The translations under genes and the position numbers were made by a program. A DNA stretch of 64,000 bases from a virus, in IMG/VR virus record IMGVR_UViG_3300013099_000017, positions 1 to 64,000 of that record; one strand, 5' to 3'. The number at the start of each line of letters is the position of its first letter. The stretch's first letter is position 1. A model generated the notes under the pieces. The model was given only the letters and a program-made list of their open reading frames with translations, had not been told where the DNA came from and made no database searches. Of this stretch, positions 20,363-28,904 are shown in pieces.

Positions 20363-20787
20363 GCCATACCATTTTTAAATTTCAGATAATCAATTGCATT
20401 TTTTATTTGAAATCCTTTGGTGTGAATAGCTTTTAAAAATAGTTCAATTGCATCAATTTTTACTTTTTGTAATTCAACCTTTTCAATAATATCTAAAATT
20501 TCTTTATCACCACTTAATGCCCGTTCACGTTCAGCATTTGTATTATATTTAATTGGTGAAGTTTTACCATCTTTATAATCAGGATTTGAAACACCCTTAT
20601 AATAATCCATTTTCCATAAAACCATTTCATCCCGTTCACGTTTATATTTTATCATATACGCTTTTTCCATAGAATGTTGATTTATCCATTTTCCATAGAT
20701 ATATGGAATTCTTAATGCTTCATTATCCAATTCATCTGATATTTCTGAATCAACTTTAATTTCACCACTTATTTCTTGTAATCTCAT
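20359..20787 (-). CDS. uvsY: Recombination mediator UvsY
   Basis: L..EALRIP..Y.KW, YY.G, D.EI.....K..L....ID..E..LKAI..KGFQIKNAID..KF..G; likely start MRLQE (20787) after TAAGGAA (ORF track starts at 20820). Confidence 0.88.
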   Translation of the reverse strand: MRLQEISGEIKVDSEISDELDNEALRIPYIYGKWINQHSMEKAYMIKYKRERDEMVLWKMDYYKGVSNPDYKDGKTSPIKYNTNAERERALSGDKEILDIIEKVELQKVKIDAIELFLKAIHTKGFQIKNAIDYLKFKNGMA

Positions 20788-20797
20788 AATAAATTCC

Positions 20798-21280
20798 TTA
20801 TAGTGGATCATCCCCATCAATTATAAAATAATCATATTCCAATGTAACCATCCCCATTTGAGATTCTGGTTCTTCTGAGCCACTATCAAAGGATAAATCA
20901 CCTAATAAATTTGGAGCACAATTAATAAATTTAATTGATGTTTTTGGTGTTAAATCACCATTTAGAATATGCAATACTGCATCTGATCTTAAACTTTTAA
21001 AAGATGCTTTATCGAAGGCAATTTTTAATAACCAATAATAAACTTCTTTATAATTTTTTAAATCATCATCAACAAGAAATGTAATTGTCAAAGGATCAAA
21101 AATAATTTTAGATCCAGGCAAAACTAAATCTCTATGTGGTGTAGCAAAAACTGGCTGATCTGTACTGACACTTGGTAATTGACAATCTCTGACATGATAT
21201 GTAACATTTGGAAACATATCAATATCAAATTTAAATTGGTAATTCTTTAAAATGTTTGTTTGTACTTCTGTATTTGGCAT
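20798..21280 (-). CDS. 3: Tail completion / sheath stabiliser gp3
   Basis: N.L....FKF.I..FPNVTY......LP.VS.....PG.KI.FDPLTITFLVD.DLKNY.E.Y.W, LHIL, F.N..P..L..L.F. Confidence 0.82.
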   Translation of the reverse strand: MPNTEVQTNILKNYQFKFDIDMFPNVTYHVRDCQLPSVSTDQPVFATPHRDLVLPGSKIIFDPLTITFLVDDDLKNYKEVYYWLLKIAFDKASFKSLRSDAVLHILNGDLTPKTSIKFINCAPNLLGDLSFDSGSEEPESQMGMVTLEYDYFIIDGDDPL

Positions 21281-21484
21281 TTATATATAACCTAAATCAA
21301 ATCTCATTATTGTTTCAATAACACTTAAATCATTACGAGAGAAATTACTGGTAATTAAATTATCAGTTCTATTTTCGTAAACATCTTTAATGCTCATATT
21401 ATTATCGGACTGTTCAACTTGAACATCAATCATATGATCTTTATATTCAACATCTTCATATAATACTAATATATTATTACTCAT
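21281..21484 (-). CDS. Hypothetical protein
   Basis: 67-aa ORF with AGGA RBS, co-oriented with gp3/uvsY. Confidence 0.6.
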   Translation of the reverse strand: MSNNILVLYEDVEYKDHMIDVQVEQSDNNMSIKDVYENRTDNLITSNFSRNDLSVIETIMRFDLGYI

Positions 21485-21579
21485 TTTTATTCCTATTCAT
21501 TTCTTATATTTATGCCTTTGGCAATTGCCTACGGCAAGGATTATTGCTCTACATAATACCCTAAGTAGATCAATCCATA

Positions 21580-21635
21580 TCATTATTAACAGTGGAATTA
21601 TAACACTAGTTGAAATGTTGTCAACCCCTGTCAAG
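21580..21635. repeat. 56-bp dispersed direct repeat, copy 1 (copy 2 at 24311-24366)
   Basis: tcattattaacagtggaattata(a/g)cactagttgaaa(tg/cc)ttgtcaacccctgtcaag, 53/56 identical. Confidence 0.95.
21597..21624 (-). promoter_or_regulatory. Sigma70 consensus promoter, copy 1 of a duplicated element
   Basis: TTGACA-N16-TATAAT with extended TG, and a second TTGACA 10 bp upstream. Confidence 0.8.
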
Positions 21636-21712
21636 CATTTATTTTATAATATGAATATTTTGCATTGTTTATATGAATTTATTTCAATTATAATAAATAC
21701 CGAGACTTTTCA

Positions 21713-21767
21713 TAAGTCATTGATTTATAAGGATATTCTTATTATGCTCTAAGTCATTGATTTATAA
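21713..21767. repeat. 18-bp direct repeat taagtcattgatttataa x2
   Basis: Copies at 21713-21730 and 21750-21767. Confidence 0.95.
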
Positions 21768-21932
21768 CGAAAATGTACTTTTATTTGACGTTTAAATGGC
21801 GTTTTAATATGTGAATTGGTGTGGTAGGTAGGGTAAGTTTATTAAATGGTCATTTAAAGTGCATTTAATTTCAAAATTCTTTATTATTCAATAAGTTATC
21901 TCAATTTATACGCAAAGTTCAAAAATACAACA

Positions 21933-21940
21933 TATAAATA
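21933..21940 (+). promoter_or_regulatory. T4-type late promoter TATAAATA (uvsW)
   Basis: Exact consensus 30 nt upstream of uvsW, which is a late gene in T4. Confidence 0.8.
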
Positions 21941-21969
21941 GTATTATACAATGAAAAGGAAATTATATC

Positions 21970-23415
21970 ATGGTAGATGAATACACAATATACATAAGAT
22001 GGAAAAACTATACACATTTAATAGTTGAATGTGAATATGGGATAGCACAAGAATTTAATGATTTATTCTCATTTTATGCTAAAAATTATCGGTATATGCC
22101 CGATTTTAAAAATCATATATGGGATGGTAAGATCAGGCTATTTAATGTTAATAAACGTTTATTGCCTATTGGATTATTAAAAAGGTTGGTAACATATTGT
22201 AAAAATGATGGTTTAGAAATTATCATTGATGATGAAGTTAAAGAAAAATTAAAGGGTGATGATGTATCTATACCCGATTATAATTTACCATTTGAACCTT
22301 ATGAACATCAAGTAAGTGCTGTTGAACATATGTTATCAAAAAAACGTGGTTTAATTTTATCGCCTACATCTAGTGGAAAAAGTTTAAATTTATATTGTGC
22401 TTCCCGTTATAATGCTGAAAGAGGAAATAAAACTTTAATCATTGTTCCTACTGTTCAATTGGTCGAGCAATTAGCAAGTGATTTTGAGGATTATGGTTGG
22501 GATAGTGAAAAGTATGTTCATAAAATTTATGCAGGTAAAGATAAAACAACTGACAAGCCTGTAACTATATCAACATGGCAGAGTTTGGCTAAAATTCAAC
22601 AAAGTATTTTACATCAATATAATATGGTTATTGTTGATGAAGTTCATCTTGCTACTGCTGTTACCATTAAGGGTATTATGGAAAAATGTACCAAAGCTGA
22701 TTATAAATTGGGATTAACGGGTACTTTGGATGATACTAAGGCAAATAAGGAAACATTAATATCATTGTTTGGTGAAATATTTGTAGCCACTACAACAAAG
22801 GAATTAATGGATCAGGGTTTAGTAAGTGAATTGAAAATTAAAGCAATTCAGTTATCCTATCCGGAAGAAGTTTCAAAAATTGTTTCTAAGATGAATTATC
22901 AGGCAGAAGTTAAGTTCATGAAATCATATGAACCAAGAAATGCATTTATTGTTAATCTTACTAAAAAAATGCCAAATAATACATTAGTTTTGTTTCAACA
23001 TAAAGCACATGGTAAGGCATTGTATGAATCAATGAAAGATCACTCTGAACATGTTTATTATATTGATGGTGATACGGATGTCGATTTACGAACTGCTTAT
23101 ACTGATAAATTTGAACAACATGATGATGTTATTATAGTTGCAAGTTATGGTGTATTTTCAACAGGTATCAATAGTAAGAATCTACATTATATTATTTTTG
23201 CATCAAGTTATAAATCAAAAATTAAAGTTCTGCAATCTATTGGGCGTGGATTAAGATTACATGTTAATAAAAATGGAATCACATTATTCGATCTTGGTGA
23301 TAGACATAAATACTTAAAATACACAAATACAATTTTTAAACATTTCATTGAAAGAATAAAATTGTATGAAAAAGAAAAATTTAATTATAAAATTATGAAG
23401 GTAAATTTAAAATAA
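21970..23415 (+). CDS. uvsW: UvsW SF2 DNA/RNA helicase
   Basis: WDGKIRLF, SPTSSGKS (Walker A), DEVH, GLTGT, STGIN..NLH.IIFA..YKS.I..LQSIGR.LR. Confidence 0.96.
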   Translation: MVDEYTIYIRWKNYTHLIVECEYGIAQEFNDLFSFYAKNYRYMPDFKNHIWDGKIRLFNVNKRLLPIGLLKRLVTYCKNDGLEIIIDDEVKEKLKGDDVSIPDYNLPFEPYEHQVSAVEHMLSKKRGLILSPTSSGKSLNLYCASRYNAERGNKTLIIVPTVQLVEQLASDFEDYGWDSEKYVHKIYAGKDKTTDKPVTISTWQSLAKIQQSILHQYNMVIVDEVHLATAVTIKGIMEKCTKADYKLGLTGTLDDTKANKETLISLFGEIFVATTTKELMDQGLVSELKIKAIQLSYPEEVSKIVSKMNYQAEVKFMKSYEPRNAFIVNLTKKMPNNTLVLFQHKAHGKALYESMKDHSEHVYYIDGDTDVDLRTAYTDKFEQHDDVIIVASYGVFSTGINSKNLHYIIFASSYKSKIKVLQSIGRGLRLHVNKNGITLFDLGDRHKYLKYTNTIFKHFIERIKLYEKEKFNYKIMKVNLK

Positions 23416-23653
23416 AACCAAATCCCAAATCTTTAAATGTTTTTCCTAATGGTGACTCATTTAAAGATTGAAGATATTTTGATTTTCCTAAAGTGGTTTT
23501 ATGTATTACTTTATTTGAATTCTTACACCACCGATTAATAGTACCAAATCCTATTAAATCATTCATTAATTTTTTAGCACTATTGATATTTAATGCTTTT
23601 CCTTTTGGGGTGATATAATATCCTTTAAATGATGGGTGATTTTTTCCACTCAT
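23393..23653 (-). pseudogene. Homing-endonuclease C-terminal (DNA-binding) remnant
   Basis: 86 aa beginning SGKNHPSFKGYYITPKG (NUMOD-like, as in GIY-YIG/HNH C-termini); no nuclease domain; in-frame TAA 7 codons upstream; opposite strand to its neighbours. Confidence 0.55.
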
Positions 23654-23808
23654 TTTTAATTTTGTTATTGATTATTTTATAGACGGTATAAATATTAATA
23701 AGCATAGTAGCAATTCCGTTTAATTGTTATAGTGATTAGGGTGGTTAGATACTTCAATATCTTTCCATCTGTTAATATTTATACAGTGAGAATTTATAAG
23801 TATATACT

Positions 23809-23816
23809 TATAAATA
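23809..23816 (+). promoter_or_regulatory. Late promoter TATAAATA
   Basis: Upstream of ORF 23856; a second copy at 23687-23694 (+) and one on the minus strand at 23776-23783. Confidence 0.6.
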
Positions 23817-23855
23817 TATTGAACTACAAATAATGGATTTTAAAAGGATGATAGA

Positions 23856-24152
23856 ATGGTAAAATATATAAAAATGAGTAATGGGGAATTGGTATTGGGT
23901 AATGTTGTCAATCGAAGTGAATTTAATATTATTATTGAACATCCTATGTTGATAATTATTGATAGACATGCCAATAATGGAAGTTATTATATTGGTGAAT
24001 ATATGGCAATGGTAAAGGATGATCAAATTCCCTTATTTTACAAAGATATAATTTGTGTTGTTGAACCGGATGATGTTTTGTTAGGTCAATATAATGAAAT
24101 GTTCAGTCGAACCGAAGGGAATAAAAAAGAAACGAATCACAAGTATCATTAA
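23856..24152 (+). CDS. Conserved T4-like Sm-fold-type hypothetical protein
   Basis: KYIKMSNGE.VLG.V....IIIEHPM pattern, in the usual position between uvsW and gene 55. Confidence 0.6.
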   Translation: MVKYIKMSNGELVLGNVVNRSEFNIIIEHPMLIIIDRHANNGSYYIGEYMAMVKDDQIPLFYKDIICVVEPDDVLLGQYNEMFSRTEGNKKETNHKYH

Positions 24153-24173
24153 ATGTTTATTAATATTGTGTTT

Positions 24174-24205
24174 ATCATACAGATAATATTCCTTATTTGT
24201 ATGAT
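24174..24205. terminator. Hairpin, probable bidirectional terminator
   Basis: ATCATACAGATA/TATTTGTATGAT 12-bp stem with one G-U. Confidence 0.6.
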
Positions 24206-24310
24206 ATATATATTTTATGGGAAGGGTTAATTGAATTACTAAAATGATGCCTACGGCAACGGCAAAGCCGAATTCTTTCTTCTACATAATATATTATAGA
24301 TCCCTAACAT

Positions 24311-24366
24311 TCATTATTAACAGTGGAATTATAGCACTAGTTGAAACCTTGTCAACCCCTGTCAAG
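24311..24366. repeat. 56-bp dispersed direct repeat, copy 2
   Basis: See copy 1. Confidence 0.95.
24328..24355 (-). promoter_or_regulatory. Sigma70 consensus promoter, copy 2 of a duplicated element
   Basis: Same geometry as copy 1. Confidence 0.8.
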
Positions 24367-24425
24367 TAAAATAATTGGATTAATTAATAAAACATTGACA
24401 TATGTCAATGAAATGACGATATATC

Positions 24426-24454
24426 TTGACAATATATCCCATTCGTGGTATATT
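24426..24454 (+). promoter_or_regulatory. Sigma70 promoter of gene 55
   Basis: TTGACA-N17-TATATT. Confidence 0.8.
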
Positions 24455-24484
24455 GGTTAATGCCATTATATAAGGAAATATAAT

Positions 24485-24967
24485 ATGAGTGAAAAACGGA
24501 AAACGAATATGTATGTCGATAATAAGACATTTTATGTGGAAATTTGTAAATATAAAGAAGAACAGGCAAAAGATCCTGATACAGAATTGCGATTATATCC
24601 TATATTGGGTGAGGCAATTATATTAATTGGTACACGATTATTAAATCACCGATATTTTAGGAATTACAATTCTCAGGTAAAGGATGAAATGTTAGGGGAT
24701 GGTATTGAAAATTGTCTAAGGTATTTTAATAATTTTGATACTGAGTATAAAAACCCAAATCCATTTGCTTATTTTACACAAATAACATGGTGGGCTTTTA
24801 TTAGGCGTATAAAAAAAGAATATGCAGAACAAAATGGAAAAACCAAATTTGCTGATTATATGGATAATGATGATAGTTTTTGTATAGAAAAGCATGATAA
24901 TGGTCTGCATTTTAATAATAGTATGTTAGAATTTGAAAAAAATAAAGATCAGGAGCGTTTCTATTAA
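24485..24967 (+). CDS. 55: Late-transcription sigma factor gp55
   Basis: YVDNK.F, LG.AI..I..RL.....F.NY....KDEM..DGIENCL.YF.NFD....NPFAYFTQI...AFIRRI.KE. Confidence 0.96.
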   Translation: MSEKRKTNMYVDNKTFYVEICKYKEEQAKDPDTELRLYPILGEAIILIGTRLLNHRYFRNYNSQVKDEMLGDGIENCLRYFNNFDTEYKNPNPFAYFTQITWWAFIRRIKKEYAEQNGKTKFADYMDNDDSFCIEKHDNGLHFNNSMLEFEKNKDQERFY

Positions 24968-25120
24968 ATTTCTTATTCCTTTATTTGGATTTTTTCTTAT
25001 ATTTTTGGCTTCCCTTGTAATTATTGGGGGAAGTATGTTAATTATATCTCTTTTGGGATATATTAATTCATAATTGCTCATGATATAGTTGTTTGAATAA
25101 TTTTAAGGTATATTTTTGTT

Positions 25121-26191
25121 ATGGGAAAAAAAGTAGTTTTAATTAACGATGTTCATATTGGTGTTAGAAATGACAGCCAATATTATATGGATAGTCAATT
25201 GTTATTTTTTAAAGAACAATTCCTTCCATATTTTGATGATAATGGTATTAAAGATTGTTTTATTTTGGGTGATTTATTTGATCGCAGGAAATTTATAAAT
25301 TTTAATACGCTATATAAATTTAAAAGGGAGTTATTTGATGTTTTTGAAAGCAAAGGTGTTGCTGTTCATATCTTGGTTGGCAATCACGACACAACATATA
25401 AGAATACAAATGAAGTCAATTCACCAGAATTATTATTATCGGAATATGAAAACATAACGATATATACAGATCCACAAACAGTATCCTTATTGGGTATTCC
25501 TGTTGCGGTAGTGCCGTGGATCAATTCAGAAAATTATCAAGGGTTTCTAAAATATTCAAAAGATACAACCGCTAAAATTATGTTTGGTCATTTTGAAATA
25601 AAAGATTTCTATATGTACGCCAATTCAATTAAATGTGATAATGGATTTGAACATTCATTTTTCGACAAATATGATATGGTATTATCCGGACATTTCCATG
25701 AACAATCATCAAATGATAATATTCGTTATCTTGGAGCACCATCTGAATACAATTGGAATGATGCTGAGTGTAGTCGTGGATTTCACATACTTGATTTAGA
25801 AACAAAAGAGTTGACATTTGAAAAAAATAATGTTACCATTCATCATCGAGTTTATTATCAAGATGATTTTGATTTAATTAATTTTGATTTCAGTGTATAT
25901 CGTTCACAAGTTATTAAATTAATTGTTAATGAAAAAACAGATAATGATCATTATGATTTATTTGTTAATGCTATTAATAGTGTTAATCCTGAATCATTTG
26001 ATATTGTTGATAATACAGAATTTCAATTTATTGATGAAGATGATATTGATGAAGAAGCGTTAAAGTCGGAAAATTTAACAAGTATCGTACATAGTTATAT
26101 TGATGTACTTGATACAAATTTAGACAAAAAGAAAATTAAAAAAATGTTCAATGCATTATATGATGTTGTAGAGAATAATCAAGATGATTAA
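25121..26191 (+). CDS. 47: Recombination endonuclease gp47 (Mre11/SbcD-like)
   Basis: D.HIG.RND, LGDLFDRRK, GNHD..YKNT, FGHFEI, SGHFH metallophosphoesterase motifs. Confidence 0.96.
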   Translation: MGKKVVLINDVHIGVRNDSQYYMDSQLLFFKEQFLPYFDDNGIKDCFILGDLFDRRKFINFNTLYKFKRELFDVFESKGVAVHILVGNHDTTYKNTNEVNSPELLLSEYENITIYTDPQTVSLLGIPVAVVPWINSENYQGFLKYSKDTTAKIMFGHFEIKDFYMYANSIKCDNGFEHSFFDKYDMVLSGHFHEQSSNDNIRYLGAPSEYNWNDAECSRGFHILDLETKELTFEKNNVTIHHRVYYQDDFDLINFDFSVYRSQVIKLIVNEKTDNDHYDLFVNAINSVNPESFDIVDNTEFQFIDEDDIDEEALKSENLTSIVHSYIDVLDTNLDKKKIKKMFNALYDVVENNQDD

Positions 26192-26417
26192 ATTTCAACG
26201 TAAACGATTACCCATATGGTTTTTTATTTGTGATGATGTTCCAGATAATTTTACAGAATATCCATTGATGGAATTTGAAAGCAGATATGAATTAATAGAA
26301 TGGTTAAAATCTGTATTTGGTTCCGGTGATACTTATCAAATTACAGATGATGATTTTATTTTGCGGTATGGTGTGACATGTGGTTGGATTGTAAATAATG
26401 ATGGGGTTAATAAATGA
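26184..26417 (+). CDS. Hypothetical protein
   Basis: 77-aa ORF overlapping the gp47 stop. Confidence 0.55.
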   Translation: MIKFQRKRLPIWFFICDDVPDNFTEYPLMEFESRYELIEWLKSVFGSGDTYQITDDDFILRYGVTCGWIVNNDGVNK

Positions 26418-26587
26418 ATAAATTTTACGAAATATATATTAATAGTATTTATGTTGGTTGTGTTGTCGAGGAAGCAAGATTTACATATATTGATGATTTA
26501 CGTGGTGTTGTAATTGAAGGTCTTACTGATCAATTTGCCAAATTACCGGAAAGTGTTGATATTCGATTTAAATTGGTGGTTAGATAA
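26414..26587 (+). CDS. Hypothetical protein (57 aa, not in ORF track)
   Basis: MNKFYEIYINSIYVGC...FKLVVR; ATGA and TAATG overlaps with both neighbours. Confidence 0.55.
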   Translation: MNKFYEIYINSIYVGCVVEEARFTYIDDLRGVVIEGLTDQFAKLPESVDIRFKLVVR

Positions 26588-28314
26588 TGATATTATTTGA
26601 TACTGTACGTTGGAAAAATTTCTTATCGTATGGTGATGAATGGACAGAATTAAACCTTGCTGAATATTCAACTAATTTAGTTATTGGTGAAAATGGTGTT
26701 GGTAAGTCTGTACTAACGGAAGTAATGAGTTTTGTGTTATATGGAAAACCATTTAGAAAAATTAATAAACCCCAATTAATTAACTCAATTAATAATAGTA
26801 ATTTGGATGTGGAATTAACGTTTGCTGTTAATAACCATAAGTATAAAATTGTACGTGGAATGAAACCAAATAAATTTGAAGTTTGGGAAGATGGTGAATT
26901 ATTAAATCAAGATGCCAAAAGTAATGATTATCAGGTTTATCTTGAAAATGATGTATTGAGTATGAATTATATAACCTTTACACAATTGATTGTACTTGGG
27001 AAAGCTACTCATACTCCATTTATGCAATTGCCTGTTATGAAACGCAGGGAAATGATTGAACATCTTTTAGGTATATCAGTATTTTATGATATTAAAAGTT
27101 TACTTAAAGAAAAATTAAAGACAATTATATATGATAGACAAGTTGCCAATGATAAACTTGAATTGCAAAATGAAAAATTGACAATGAATGAGCGATACAA
27201 AAAGAATACAAGTGAAGATAAACAAAAGATTATCAATGAGTATTTAAATAGTATTAGCAATAAAGAAGATGAAATTCGTTTATTGGTGTCGGAAAATAAA
27301 GATTTAACCGATTATACAGCTCAATTAAAAACACAATTTGATGATGGTTTAGATGGTGAAATTGATAAACATAAAAATAGACAGAGGGATATACTAAATA
27401 AAATAAAGGGCATTGAAAAGAATAGTTATTTTTTTCAAGTTAATGATGAATGTCCAACGTGTACTCAAACAATTAATGATGATATAAAACACGAATGTAT
27501 TGAAAATAATAATACGCTATTGAAAAAATTAAAGATTGGAGAGACTATTAACGATGCCAAACTTATACAATTGTCAGAAATGCTTGATACGAATGTTGGA
27601 ATTCGGGATACTATTAGTGTCACTTGGAATACTATCAATAGTAATAATTCAATTCATAATCGCTTAAAATTAGATATAAAAGAATTGGAATTATCAATTA
27701 AAAAATATGATTCTGATGATATTGATGCAGGTGATATATTGGCTGATATTGAAAAAAATAAAAAAGATATTGTGAAATTTAAATCTCGTATTAAAAAATA
27801 TGATGAAGCAATTGAATATTATAAAATCATGGCTGTTATTTTAAATGATGATGGTGTAAAGTCATTAATTATCAAAAAATACTTGCCTTTATTTAATAGA
27901 GATATTAATAATTATTTACATACATTTGGACTTAATGTTAAATTTATTTTAGATGAACAATTTAATGAAATTATATTATCAAGAGGTAGAGATAACTTTT
28001 CTTATAATAGTTTTTCCGAAGGACAAAAATTAAGAATTGATTTGGCATTAATGATGTCATTTAGAAATTTATGTAAAATTAAAAATAGTGTGGATAGTAA
28101 TTTATTAATAATGGATGAAATTTTTGATAGTTCATTAAACCAACAGGGAGTTGATGCCTTTGTTGATATGTTGACTGAGCAAAAAGATATCAATACTTTT
28201 ATTATTACTCATACACCAGAAAAAATACAAGATCGGTTTGAGAATACAATTGAAGTTGTATTGTTAAATAATTTTAGTGAACTAAAAAAGGAAATACATG
28301 ATGAAAGATATTGA
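26587..28314 (+). CDS. 46: Recombination ATPase gp46 (Rad50/SbcC-like)
   Basis: WKNFLSYG, GENGVGKS, CPTC zinc hook, FSEGQK.RIDLA, MDEIFDSSL. Confidence 0.97.
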   Translation: MILFDTVRWKNFLSYGDEWTELNLAEYSTNLVIGENGVGKSVLTEVMSFVLYGKPFRKINKPQLINSINNSNLDVELTFAVNNHKYKIVRGMKPNKFEVWEDGELLNQDAKSNDYQVYLENDVLSMNYITFTQLIVLGKATHTPFMQLPVMKRREMIEHLLGISVFYDIKSLLKEKLKTIIYDRQVANDKLELQNEKLTMNERYKKNTSEDKQKIINEYLNSISNKEDEIRLLVSENKDLTDYTAQLKTQFDDGLDGEIDKHKNRQRDILNKIKGIEKNSYFFQVNDECPTCTQTINDDIKHECIENNNTLLKKLKIGETINDAKLIQLSEMLDTNVGIRDTISVTWNTINSNNSIHNRLKLDIKELELSIKKYDSDDIDAGDILADIEKNKKDIVKFKSRIKKYDEAIEYYKIMAVILNDDGVKSLIIKKYLPLFNRDINNYLHTFGLNVKFILDEQFNEIILSRGRDNFSYNSFSEGQKLRIDLALMMSFRNLCKIKNSVDSNLLIMDEIFDSSLNQQGVDAFVDMLTEQKDINTFIITHTPEKIQDRFENTIEVVLLNNFSELKKEIHDERY

Positions 28315-28621
28315 AGTAATTGATTGGAAAAAATATGATGAAAAGGAACATGTTATTGCATGGTTTTTACTTGAAGCTATGTCGAAACTTGGTATTGAAA
28401 AATTCATAGATATTGCTGAAACTGATGATGGTTTAACGAGTTTTGATAGTTCTAAAATTACCGTTGATCTGAAAGTTAATGGTATTCGTATATCTTTTGT
28501 GGATACAATGGAATTTCTTAATAGTCAAATGAATCAAATTCAAGAAGATGGTAAAGAGGAAGGTCAAGAAGAATTACGATCACTAATCATTAAAAATCTC
28601 GATATGATTATTGGTCGATAA
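28298..28621 (+). CDS. Hypothetical protein
   Basis: 107-aa ORF with AAGGA RBS. Confidence 0.6.
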   Translation: MMKDIEVIDWKKYDEKEHVIAWFLLEAMSKLGIEKFIDIAETDDGLTSFDSSKITVDLKVNGIRISFVDTMEFLNSQMNQIQEDGKEEGQEELRSLIIKNLDMIIGR

Positions 28622-28624
28622 TGT

Positions 28625-28822
28625 ATGAAAAATCAAGAAACTTGTACTCATACCCGTCATATTTTTGGACGGTGGGAAAAATCTCTTTACTATAGTGACA
28701 GTGAAGGTAGATTTGTCTATGGTGAAGAAGAATGGGTGGATGCTTATGAGTTGGATACCGTTGTTGATATTAATTTAAATCAATATAAATGTACTCAATG
28801 TGGAAAAATATTCAATTATTAA
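28625..28822 (+). CDS. Hypothetical protein with C-terminal CxxC
   Basis: 65 aa, CTH...YKCTQCGK. Confidence 0.55.
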   Translation: MKNQETCTHTRHIFGRWEKSLYYSDSEGRFVYGEEEWVDAYELDTVVDINLNQYKCTQCGKIFNY

Positions 28823-28830
28823 AATATTAC

Positions 28831-28859
28831 TTGACAGTAATGTATTATTATGCTACACT
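28831..28859 (+). promoter_or_regulatory. Sigma70 promoter of gene 45
   Basis: TTGACA-N17-TACACT with TG extension. Confidence 0.85.
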
Positions 28860-28904
28860 GGTCGAAATGGAAGTAAACTTAAACTAAAAAATGGAAAATA
28901 AATT

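Noticed and set aside
21496-21582. 28-aa hydrophobic/basic peptide MIWIDLLRVLCRAIILAVGNCQRHKYKK (type I toxin-like) in the copy-1 transcript
   Set aside because: No RBS, and the reading frame is not conserved in copy 2 although RNA elements are; more likely non-coding.
21618-21650. Pho-box-like TGTCA direct repeat (ttgtcaacccctgtcaa) 10 nt before a plus-strand TATAAT
   Set aside because: The repeat period is 10 bp rather than 11, the spacer is C-rich, and copy 2 (24350-24366) has no matching -10. It is better explained as tandem minus-strand TTGACA.
21525-21752. Plus-strand 75-aa ORF in the uvsY-uvsW intergenic region
   Set aside because: It overlaps the conserved promoter repeat, has no RBS and has atypical composition.
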